A program made the translations under genes and the position numbers. A DNA stretch of 64,000 bases from Auanema rhodensis (lineage: Eukaryota; Animalia; Nematoda), in contig OZ059900.1 in NCBI GenBank assembly GCA_964057225.1, forward strand, positions 5,518,001-5,582,000. Direction: 5' to 3'. A model generated the notes under the pieces. The model did no database searches. It had not been told where the DNA came from and saw nothing but the letters and a program-made list of their open reading frames with translations. Within the stretch, counting starts at the first letter, position 1, and every line of letters begins with the position of its first letter. This document shows, in pieces, positions 39,601-51,474 of this stretch.

Positions 39601-42600
39601 ATTGTGATAAGTTTAAGGCGATGCAACGAAACCCATTTCAAGGATCAGTTAGTTTTGATAATATTGGGTTTGCTTGGGTTGCAATATTTCTCGTTATTTC
39701 ACTAGAAGGATGGACTGATATCATGTACTATGTACAGGATGCACACTCTTTTTGGAATTGGATTTATTTCGTGCTTTTGATTGTGGTAATTTTTTTAAAC
39801 TACTATAGCATATTCTATCTGTAATTTTTCATATTGGGGCATTTTTCATGATCAACTTGTGCTTGGTTGTAATTGCCACCCAGTTTGCCGAAACGAAACG
39901 AAGAGAAACGGAACGTATGCTGCAGGAGCGTATGGCTTTACAAAAAAGAGCTTCTATGTGTATGTGAAAATATGTTTGAACAAAAAACTTCGAAACATTA
40001 CAGCAGCTTCCAAAAGTGATAATGAGGATTTTTTTCCAAAAAACGGTGATAGTGATAGTGTCTACGCGGCGGTAGTGAAAATGATTCAGCAGTATTTCCG
40101 CTCGGGAAAACGGGCTTTGAGGAAGGTAATAATTTTAGGGTTATACTTCTGATTCTCAAATTTCATTTATAGCAGTTAAAGCAATATCGTAAAAAGAAAC
40201 GAACAGAGGCACGAAATAAATCCGTCGCTATCAATAATGGGGTCTCAACTATCGAGGAAAGTGTAAAAGAAGAAAGAGGTACAGCTATAGTTTTCTTAAC
40301 CAATTACTGATTAAAAAAATAGTTATGAATGAATGAAAACAGAAATTTAAGAAATTATAATTTTTCAAAGTAATCATTTAGTTGTTTTATTTTTCAGAAG
40401 AAATTGCAGATGTACAGACGCCATCAAATATGCTTTTGCACATTGGTGTCAATTCCAATGACACATTACAATCTAATAATGGTATGATTTTCATTCTTTG
40501 AATTGATTATAACAGCCATTTAAGACGATAAACTACCTACTGAAACCTGGGAAGAATTAACTGATAGCTCGGATGATGAAACTCGCAAGGTATATGAAAA
40601 AACAAATAATTAATTTTTTTTCCATTCAGAATGTCCCAACTAAGCAAACTGCTTTAAAACGAATAAGAAACAAGATAAAGCAATTTGTTGTTTGTGATCA
40701 TTTCACCAGAGGTATTCTTGTTGCGATCTTGGTTAATACACTATCTATGGGAGTAGAATATCATCAGCAAGTATTTATATACATATATCAGTACACGAAT
40801 TGTTCATATTGCCATTTTAGCCGGAAATCTTGACTACAATTCTGGAGTATTCTAACTTATTTTTTACTGCTCTGTTCGCTTTTGAAATGTTGCTAAAAAT
40901 TATTGCTGATGGAGTTTTCTGTTACCTTAGCGATGGATTCAATCTTTTTGATGGTAGCATCGTGGTTTTGAGGTTGTCAACAATACAGACAAGTTCTAAT
41001 TATATTGATTTAGCGTGCTAGAGCTTTTTCAAGAAGGGAAAGGTGGATTATCAGTTTTAAGAACGTTCCGATTGCTTCGAATTCTGAAGTTAGTGCGCTT
41101 CATGCCGGCTTTGCGCTATCAACTTGTTGTTATGTTGCGTACAATGGATAATGTTACCGTTTTTTTCGGTCTTTTGGTTTTATTTATCTTTATATTCAGG
41201 TAAAAACACGCATGGATATTGTATATAATCAATATGTTTTAGTATTTTGGGAATGAACTTATTTGGCTGTAAATTCTGTAAATACGAAGAGCGCCCAATA
41301 AATGGAATATTTAAAAAATGTGAACGAAAAAATTTTGACACTTTGTTGTGGGCACTTATAACAGTCTTTCAGGTGTTACTTAATGACAATTTCGTGATAT
41401 AGCTTATTATTATAGATATTAACTCAAGAAGACTGGAATATGGTTTTATTTAATGGTATGGCTCAAACTAATTCATGGGCAGCTTTGTATTTTGTTACTC
41501 TTATGACATTTGGAAACTATGTGTTATTCAACCTGCTAGTTGCTATTTTAGTTGAAGGGTTTCAAGAGAGTAAAATAGAAGAAAAACGTCAAATGGTTCA
41601 GTTTTTTCAACCAATTTTTGGTTTTAAGCAGAGTTTTATATAGGAAAATGATGCACTCCAACAAGGTAAATGCGATGTTCCTGAAAATCCAGATGTAGAA
41701 CAGTTAGCTTTATGCACATCGACAGATAGGAGGACCAATGAAATTGATGGTGAAATTAAACAAATCGAGGTAGTTTAATTCTTTTGTATCTAATTCGATA
41801 AGGTTTAATGATCAAAATTTCAAACGATATTTGTAGGAATATGAAGTTATGAATGAAATTTCTCCAAGTATTTCTGTTGTTGAAGAACAAAGGTCTCATT
41901 CGGAATCTGCAGCTCATGACTATGATCCTATCTCCACTTTTATTTTACGGTTTCTATTCATATCTAGTGTGATGGAATGGTTAAAACCTTTTTTTCAGAG
42001 AAGATACGCAGAATTCATTGACTGGTAATGGCAATAATAATATTTATGGAATAAAAAAGCAACGGGTTCATAGCTGGGAAGGCATCTATGGTCATTCCAA
42101 CTCTAATTGTTCATTCTATTTACATAAACGAGCTTCATTGCGTTTTGCAAAAGAGGTGAACTATTAGAAAACTGAAAAACGTTCAATATAATATCTAGGC
42201 CGAAGAAAAATTTATGAAAGCATTACAAGATGATGAAACCGAATCAAATAAAACAAGAAACACTTTGCATCATATTCTACAGAAAACTTGTTTAGCCAAA
42301 CGTATGGAGCACTCTCTTTTTTGTTTTCCTCCTACAAATGTTTTGCGTATTTGGTAAGATAGGGAAAATATTAGAAAAAAATCAAACATGTTCAGGTGTT
42401 TTAAACTTACACAAAGTCGCTGGTTCGATTACTTCATATTGTTTTTTATCGGCATGAATTGCATTACTTTGGCGATGGAACGCCCATCTATACCACCTCA
42501 AAGCTTTGAGCGCAAATTTCTTGTTGCAACTGGATACATGTTTACTGGAATATTTACTAGCGAAATGGCTCTCAAGGTAAAACTGAAAACATTAATTTGC

Positions 42601-45059
42601 TATAATGTATGTGAACAGATAATTGCAAACGGTTGTATTATTGGTCAAACTTCTTACTTCAAAGATGGTTGGAATGTTCTAGATGGTATTTTAGTAATTG
42701 TTTCTTTGATAAATGTATTTATAGAAGTTATTGTATCGGGAGGTACCATTTTCTGATTTTCTACAAAATGCCATTAATGAATTTTAGATTCTCCTAAAAT
42801 TTTGGGTGTTATTCGTGTGTTGCGTTTACTGCGTGCTCTACGACCACTACGGGTGATAAACCGTGCTCCGGGTGTTAAATTGGTTGTTATGACATTGATC
42901 TCAAGGTGGAATTTCAAAAAACTAACTGGTTTTATAAATGTTTTACCTTTCAGTCTTAAACCTATTGGAAATATTGTTTTAATTTGCTGCACGTTTTTCA
43001 TAATATTTGGAATTCTCGGAGTTCAACTCTTTAAGGCATTAGATATAAAGAATTGCGTTAAATAGAAAAGAAACATTTATAGGGAACCATGTTTCACTGT
43101 GTGGGGCCAGATATATCAAACATAACAACAAAATCTGAATGCCTTATGGATTTCCGTAATAAATGGGTGAACCATCGTTATAATTTTGATAACTTGGGGC
43201 AAGTAAGTTGTTTCTTCTTCGAAAATTGTGAACAGCTACATAAATAATTTTAGGCTTTAATGTCACTATTTGTGCTATCAAGCAAGGATGGTTGGGTATC
43301 AATTATGTATCAAGGAATAGATGCTGTAGGTGTTGATATGCAGGTAAAAATTAGTAGTGCAAGGTAGAGCAATATTGTTTATTCAGCCAATTGAAAATTA
43401 TAACGAATGGCGAATGATATATTTCATCAGCTTTTTACTACTGGTTGGCTTTTTTGTGTTGAATATGTTTGTTGGAGTAGTAGTGGAAAACTTTCATAAA
43501 TGCAAAGAGACTTTAGAAAAGGTAGATACTTTTTAACGCGACACACTATACTGATACACATGTGTTGTTTTAGGAAATGCGGGAGAAGGCTAAGGAAAAA
43601 AGAATGCTCCGACATCTTCGTAGACAAAAATTTGAAGAAAATATGGCTGAGAAAAAAAAGAAAAGTAAGTTATAACACTTACATTCCCTTTTCGTCAACT
43701 TGAAGTTATCTCATAATTGCAGAAATTCCGTCAGGTCCATATTGGAAAAACTATGGACCAACCCGCATGTTTCTTCATAGTGTTGTGACTTCGAAATATT
43801 TTGATTTAGCAATATCAGCCGTTATTGGTATGTTGTTTCACTAAAGTAAGCAATAAATCAAATTACAGGAATTAACATAATATCAATGGCGATAGAATTT
43901 TACATGATGCCCATGGGCCTCAAATACGTACTGAGAGCTTTAAATTATTTCTTCACCGCTGTATTTACGCTGGAAACAGCTATGAAAATTTATTCACTTG
44001 GATTCAAAAATTTTATGTCGGAAAGGTTAGGGAGTTTTAATTTGAACTTATCTGTAATATTCATTATAGGTGGAATCAACTAGATATATTCATCGTAATA
44101 TTGTCCATAGCTGGAATTATCTTCGAAGAGTTTGAAGCACTTGAATTACCAGTAAATCCAACAATTATCCGGGTTATGAGAGTTCTACGAATAGCAAGAG
44201 GTAAAAAAAAAGTTGAAAAAAAAAACGAAAATTTTTTGTTTTACAGTTCTGAAACTTTTAAAAATGGCGAAAGGAATCCGTTCCCTGTTAGATACAGTTG
44301 GTGAAGCACTTCCACAGGTGTTTTTTTTTTTAGTTTGTATCTAATGAATTATGCTAGGTTGGAAATCTGGGATCTTTATTCTTTTTGTTATTTTTTATTT
44401 TTGCTGCACTTGGTGTTGAATTATTCGGAAAAATTGGTACTGTTTATATTATTTTTAAATAATATTGGGCTTTCTTAAGAGTGTTCTGAAAAGCATCCAT
44501 GTGATGGATTAGGAGAACATGCACACTTTAAAAATTTCGGTATGGCATTCCTGACACTATTCCGTATAGCTACAGGAGATAATTGGAATGGAATCATGAA
44601 AGTTGGTCATAGAAAGCGAACCCATTTATATTGGCTTTTTTAACAGGATGCTCTACGCGATGATTGTGATGCATCAGATGATTGTAAATCAAATTGTTGT
44701 GTGGATCCAATCCTTGCTCCATGCTTTTTTGTAGTTTTTGTTCTGATCTCACAATTTGTTCTCGTTAATGTTGTTGTGGCGGTACTGATGAAGCATCTGG
44801 AGGAAAGCAACAAACAAGATGCTGAAGGAGCCAAAGGTAATACACTTTTCTGCTTAGTTTAATATTAACTTCTTTAATTCATCCAATTATATACTAATTA
44901 TAAACTCTTTGCAGAAGAAAATTGTGATATTTTTGAAGAAAGACTTCACAATAAGTTAGAAGTGATCGGTAAGATATTTTCTTGATTTCAATAAATGAAA
45001 GGTTTTTTATAGCAATAGAAGAAGAAGATGAGTACGACGACAATTCCGAGTTACAATAA
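36698..45059 (+). CDS. cca-1: T-type voltage-gated calcium channel alpha-1 subunit (Cav3), ~43 exons, ~1670 aa
   Basis: The N-terminus is [17 protein letters not shown]. The four S4 segments are [44 protein letters not shown] and [16 protein letters not shown]. The pore loops SLEGW/TQEDW/SKDGW/TGDNW give an EEDD filter, and the gating-brake helix [13 protein letters not shown] is present. Stop is TAA at 45057-45059. Confidence 0.97.
36908..37262 (+). repeat. ~350-bp degenerate (TC/TTC/TTTC)n polypyrimidine tract in cca-1 intron 1
   Basis: An almost purine-free stretch of ctctctttctctctc-type repeats. It produces the spurious F/S/L ORFs 36845-37528 and 36921-37340. Confidence 0.9.
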
Positions 45060-45732
45060 ATGTTTTATTTCAAAACTGGTCTACATAATATTATATGTAT
45101 ATATGTATATATAATATATACACTATATGTGTTTATGTCCAGATATGTACTATACACCTATATCTCAATTTGTGATACAATTCCAAAATCATAAGAATAA
45201 AGTTACTAGTTCAAAAATGAACTATTATAAATCGTATTCATCTTTTTGACACTTTAATGAAATATAATGATTATAAATTATTTTTTATTGGGAATAGATA
45301 CAATGATCAAAATGTTACAAGCTATTAACTCAAATGTGGAATAATATATTATCACAATTCACAGAATCAAAAAAAAGGAAAGAAATTTTTGTTTCTCATT
45401 TTTTCTTATTTATTTTGTTTTTCAAAAAAATATCAAAGGTTATGTTAATATGTTCGAATCATCACAATAAAACATAAAAGCTTACTTTGCGTAATTTGTG
45501 AAAAAAAAATTTTTTTTTCATAAATTTCTTAACAAAGACTCTTACAGGATATGTTACGAAATGATTTCAAAATTATTTTTTACATATGATTGTACTTGAG
45601 AAAAATGATTATGATGCTAAAAAAACATGTGAGCGCTGCAAATATTTTGGTCTGGACTCTTCGAATTAAAAAGAATTTTCACGAGGAAACATACGAAAAA
45701 TTCCCCTTTCCCACAAGATCATCTCATCACTG

Positions 45733-47878
45733 TTACCTTAAAAAAATAAAAACATTGTTAGCAGACTATTAAAAAAAACCATTTCTTGTTTTGCTGCATC
45801 TGATTCAGCGATAAGCTATGTTTTGATGTTCCAGAATTTTTTGTTCCGAGATTATCCAAGTTGAATAAATCAGAATTGGCGCCGTTCCAAGTGTTGCCTA
45901 CTTTAAGATTTCCTGCGTTTGCCTCAAAACCTTGAATTTGTCCAGCAGAAGCAGACTGAGTAATTTGAGCCTAAATTAAGAGCATCATTTAATCTTATCA
46001 GTAATCGATAATGAAAAACCTGAGAAGCCGATGAAAAACTGTCAAAATCGCAAAGATCACTTTTAGATTGTTTTGGAATTGTCGAATTAAAGTTATCGAA
46101 CAAATCAACAGGAGTTGAAGCCGGTGCTTGAAATGAAGTAAAATCAGCAAAATCATCATCCTTTTTACAAATTGATTGATCACTTAACCAGTCATTCCTG
46201 AAGAGCTCGGATATTGTTTAATTCTAATTCAATTTGCGACTGACGGATTGACTAGTGTCGGCGTTTTTGTGTTATCAAGACTTGGGACTCCAGAAAAATC
46301 ACCGAAAAGATCAATTGCAGGAACTTGATCAGGAACAGTTGCAGATGAGTTAGCTGCTGGACCATTCGAAGGAGGCCGAGGCACACTTGTAAAACTTGAA
46401 GAGCTTTGTTGAAGACAACTCTAAAAGTTCAAGTGCTGAGGTTGTTAGTTCATATTTTGCTTTTGTCAGAGCATGTTTGTTTTGCGATTTTAGAGTTTTT
46501 GTTTGAAACTAACATCAGAAAACAGATCAATTGTTTTTGGAGAAGCAGATGAACTCAAAGAAGGAAGTGTTGCAGATGTAGGAACGACCGCGTCTAAACC
46601 CAGTAGGTCAACGGTTTTTGATGTAGTCTGGTCTATCGACTGCAAACTCATTGAAGAATTCATATGCATATTCAAATCTCTTCCTGTGTTGCCTATTCAA
46701 AACTAAGTAAATATGTATGAGATAAACCAACTAACCAAATACAGAACTATTGATTGTAATGTTTTTAGAGGGGTTTGGAGAATTTCCTGAACGAGATTGT
46801 GCAAATGATTCAAATCCATCATCATCTTCATTGTCATTCTAAATATAATACTTTTTTCAATCCTCATAATTACATTATTTCGATAATACCACTTCGCAAC
46901 TCTGACGTGGATCTTCAGGAAAGGAGAATGAATTAACTTCTTTGTTACTATAATCATCATTGCTAAAGTAAAAAATTAGTATTGATTTGAGCAGTTTGAT
47001 AAAACCCATGGCTATTGCTAGAAGAGCCATTTTCATGTCGATTAGAGGAGTAAGAATCCGATGAATACGAGTTACCTAATAAGCATAATTTAAGCAGTTT
47101 ACAACTAAAGACTAACTGCTATAGCCTTGACGGAGTCGAGCATCGTTGCTGTTATATCCCTGATATTTCTCTTTATTTTCATCCTTTGCCTTTTTACGTT
47201 CTTGTCTCAACTTTTCTTCATCATCTAGAAGTTCAACAATTTTTCCACAGCGATGTCTAACATTGATTCCTTGGTCACGTCCCTTTTCGTCAATAAACTT
47301 GTAACTTTCTAATGCCCTGCAAATTTCATTCTGCTGTTAAACAACGAGAGCTAGCAGTAATAAACCTCAACTGGTACAAATGTTCGCGAGAACTACTGAT
47401 AACACGTTCACTACCATGGTGTAGTAAATAGTTAAGAAGCGTAAGGCTCTAAAAATTGTCACCAATATTTGATTATTAAATATCTTTCAACCTTATAAAC
47501 TCTTCTCCATGCGTGTCTGTTATCTTCAAACAATCGTTTCCACAACATAGGCATTATTTTCGAATATCCATCATATCTACAAAGATTCAAGATTTTCTCA
47601 AATTGAAATTTGTGTTTCTCACTGAAAAGAAAGGTGAGTAATGTCTTTCATTTGCTGGCCAGTAGGTCCCCAAGGATCCTCATTTGTTGCCTCACGAACA
47701 AGTGCCTCTTCCTCTGTATAATTGAGAACCATGCCTTCCCTGTAATTATCATAAGTAGGGCAACAAATATTGTTACATGAACTTACACTTTCTCTCGAAT
47801 TTTACGGATTTCATATGTTGATATATTAGAAGTGACTTGTTTAGTTAAATTTGCGATTCCTGACAGTAAATCAGACAT
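45733..47878 (-). CDS. rsd-3: Epsin-related protein / clathrin interactor 1 (ENTH domain), rsd-3-like
   Basis: The spliced ENTH domain reads ...VLNYTEEEALVREATNEDPWGPTG...WKRLFEDNRHAWRRVYKSLTLLNYLLHHGSERV...YKFIDEKGRDQGINVRHR. The tail has adaptor-binding motifs DGFESF, DLLGL, DLFGDF and DFADF, and no NPF/UIM motifs as in true epsin. The last exon carries only G-TAA. Confidence 0.88.
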
Positions 47879-48300
47879 TCTTCAGCCTAACTTGAAAACT
47901 AAAATATGTGAATATATGCTAATTTTCAACTGTATAAATTATAGAGAACAATGCTTCAAAACAACAAACATCAATGATTAGGTACATTATTATAAGCAAT
48001 GATTAACTCATCAAATATATATATATATATAAATGATAAGCAAAGTAAACATGCCCAAGGAATAAAATATGCTGTCGAAATATGGATCATTAAACTTATT
48101 ATTCCTTATGTAGGTATCAATTTTTTCTTATTTTTCTTAGAATTGAATATAAGTACGAACTTTATGTCAAATGAGCAAATTATATATAAGGTTTAAAAAG
48201 ATGGTAATTCGTGATTTTCATGAAAATATTACAAATAAAACTTAATAACACTATATAGACTGTTCTATTTATGTTTGCAGACGTGGTGAGAGAACAAGGC

Positions 48301-48360
48301 GGGACTGATTCGCTGTGAGACTCATATGTGCGTTTGCCATCACAGCGCAACACAGTCCTT
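48301..48360 (+). ncRNA. Pre-miRNA-like hairpin (candidate)
   Basis: GGACTG (48302-07) pairs with CAGTCC (48353-58) and CGCTGTGA (48311-18) pairs with TCACAGCG (48340-47), spanning ~58 nt. The 3' arm CATCACAGCGCAACACAGTCCT carries the AUCACAG seed. Confidence 0.4.
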
Positions 48361-49695
48361 TATATTTGTACACACATTTCAATTGAAATATTTTTGAAAT
48401 TTGAATCGGTATTTTTGCATATTGTGTAAATTTGAATATTTGAATAAACCAGCTTCCGAAAAATTGTGCTTTTATTAAATTAATATATTATTCTATTAGT
48501 TTCCTATTAGTTATACAGACATGTATATTTAATTGTATAATTTGATTACTCGAAATAGATATGTGAAGTTTTAATAGAAAATTAATTTCATTAAAGTGTT
48601 TCAATTTAAAAACGGAAGTTTAAGTTGCATCTCAATGACTGTCATTTTATTGCCAATAAAAAATTCTCTATTTGATAGCTATGACAACAATGAAATGATG
48701 TTGAAAAAGAAATATTGATCAGCACAAAAAAAAGTGAGAATTGAATGAAGATGAAGATTGAATGATCATATTTCAAAAGAGCTAATATCAATTTAACCAA
48801 TGAAACAATCACCATGAATGAATTTCATACCTATGAAAACAATGTGATAAAATATGAATTTGAAATAAAACTATTTATTTCTGAAATATTGATTATAGTA
48901 AAATAAACGAAAATAGTAATACGTGATGCAAAGAAAATATGAGAAAAATCGTTAATAATTACCAATACAAATTCTATTTAAAATATTTTGACTTAGTATA
49001 TCAGATTAATTGTTCCCATGAACAATAATAATTGATTGATTGTTGAAATCACATGAACATCTTTGTTTTAAAAAAGTAAAACTAGAATAAGGCTTCATCA
49101 AACAATTGTGTGTCTTAGTCATCAAAGAATTAAAATAAATTTAAAATCGTAGCACTGTTTCTCACTTGTTTTCAAGGGCAACTTTTGAAATTGATTGATT
49201 AGATCTTAGCAAGAGTCGTGAAAGTTCTTCAATCTCTCTATTTTAAAAAATCGCTTGTTTTCCTACCCAACTTGCGTTTGTAACTGACCCATATTTTTTT
49301 GTATTTTTCGGGAAATTTTTCGATCTTTTCGATCTCTTGCTTTTTCATAATATTGTTTATATTCTTTGATTTCGTCGCGTTGGCGCTCTTTATAATTATA
49401 CACTGATCTATCACTCTTTTTTTCATCATAATTTTTGCCTCTTTCCGCTTCTTATGTCATTAACACAATTATGACTTTTTCATATATTACTTTTTCTCTA
49501 TCTCTATGGATTATTGTATACTTTCTAGTTTTCTATATATTTTCGATTTGCTTTTCAATATTCTTATTATTTTAGTTTTCAAGTAACATTGAGCAGAAAT
49601 TAGAAAACCATCCCGGTATGAGATATCGAAATAACTTATCATTTATGTGAAAGAGAACAAAAGTGCGACATATTAACAGAAAAGTTGTCATTGTT

Positions 49696-51197
49696 ATGAC
49701 AATGGGATTTACACAATTATTCATGTTTTGCATGAACATTCATTTTTTATTTATATTTGCAAAATCTTCACCTGTTGTGATTACTACTTGGGGTAGTGAG
49801 GGATTTCAACATGCCACAAGAATAGGTGAAACCATAACAAATTCTCCCAATTCATATTACTTTTCCAGCATTAGATAATATAAAAAGAAATAGACTATAT
49901 GCATTAGTTGAAGGTCTTTCTGTTTGTGAACGAGAACAATGCGATGGAACTGTAGGATACGGGGGATCTCCTGATGAGAATGGCGATGTTTTCTTAGATG
50001 CAATGCTGATGGATGGGTTTGTCCCTCAGTATTACTTTATGAAATTTTTAACTTTTTTTGTAGTCCTGGTCATAGAGTTTCAGCTGTTGCTCATCTTCCA
50101 AATATCAGGAACGCGGCACGTGTCGCATGGGCTATAATGAATTATACTAAACATACTATGCTTGTAGGCACAGAAGGTAAAAACACAACACACAGCTTAT
50201 AATTGCTGATTCAGCTTATAATTTTGCAAAAATGATGGGATTCGAGTCTCAAAATTTACGAACCAATGAATCTGACAACCTTCATTCGGCATGGAGGCAG
50301 AACAACTGTCAACCAAACTTTTGGAAAGTAATAATTAAGGATCATGCTGTTGCGGATCATAAATGAAATGATTTTTCCCTACCGAATTCAGAATGTTAGT
50401 CCTGACCCTAATCAGATGTGTGGCCCCTATAAGCCTGTGCTGAATCTATATAATGAGGAAACTCGTCGTCAGAATATAGACAGGTACTCATCTTAATATT
50501 CAAAATTAGCTGGTTTTCCACTTACAGTTTTAATCATGACACAATAGGAATGATAGTTATAGACGATGAAAGCGTCTCCGCAGGAACTTCAACAAACGGA
50601 GCAACGCATAAGGTTGATTCAACTCACAAAAAATTGTTGTATTGTTAAAAAATGTTTAAGATACCTGGTCGTGTAGGAGACTCTCCAATTATTGGAGCTG
50701 GTGCTTATGCTGTTGACTATATAGGCGGTGCCGCAGCGACAGGTGATGGTGACATTATGATGCGTTTTCTTCCTAGGTGACCAAAATAGTATATCAAATA
50801 TACGAATGTTATTTTAGTTATCAAGCTGTTGAATTTATGAGATCTGGCATAGGGCCAAGACAAGCTGCTCGTCGATCAATGCAACGAATCCTTAATTATT
50901 ATCCCGATTTTCAAGGTAAACTAGTTATGTGTTATGAAAAAGCGTTTTATTATGTGCTTTCTTACAATTCTAAGTATTTTAGGTGCAATTATTGTTATGA
51001 ATGTAAATGGAAAATATGGAGTAGCTTGCACTAATTTACCTCGTTTTGACTATTGCGTGGGAAAGAAGAACACGGTGACGATTGAAAGTGTTGGATGTAT
51101 AAGAACTTCTGCAAAACCAATTTCGAAGAATGATATTTCTATATCAGATGATCAAAGTCTACAAAATACGTTTTTCGAATCAAAGTTAAATTATTAA
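49696..51197 (+). CDS. AGA: N(4)-(beta-N-acetylglucosaminyl)-L-asparaginase (aspartylglucosaminidase, Ntn hydrolase)
   Basis: The motifs [36 protein letters not shown], the autocleavage site [28 protein letters not shown] and [24 protein letters not shown] are spread across 9 in-phase exons. The N-terminus is hydrophobic. Confidence 0.95.
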
Positions 51198-51474
51198 TGA
51201 AAATTAGTTTTCTTTATAACTCACTGAATTTGCTGAATTACTTCTCATTCACTCATTTTGAACACTCATTAAATTCGTTTTTCCCAACATTGTTCAAATA
51301 AAATATACTATAGGATACCAATTGCGTTATAAAAAAAACTCTCTTCATACTTAAATATTTCTAAAAAGTGATTAAAACGCTTGTTGAAAATAAATGCTAA
51401 AAATTATTGAACACAATTACAAAAAATTATATTTTTTATTCAATATTCTCAATTATATTATCAATTTAAATGTA

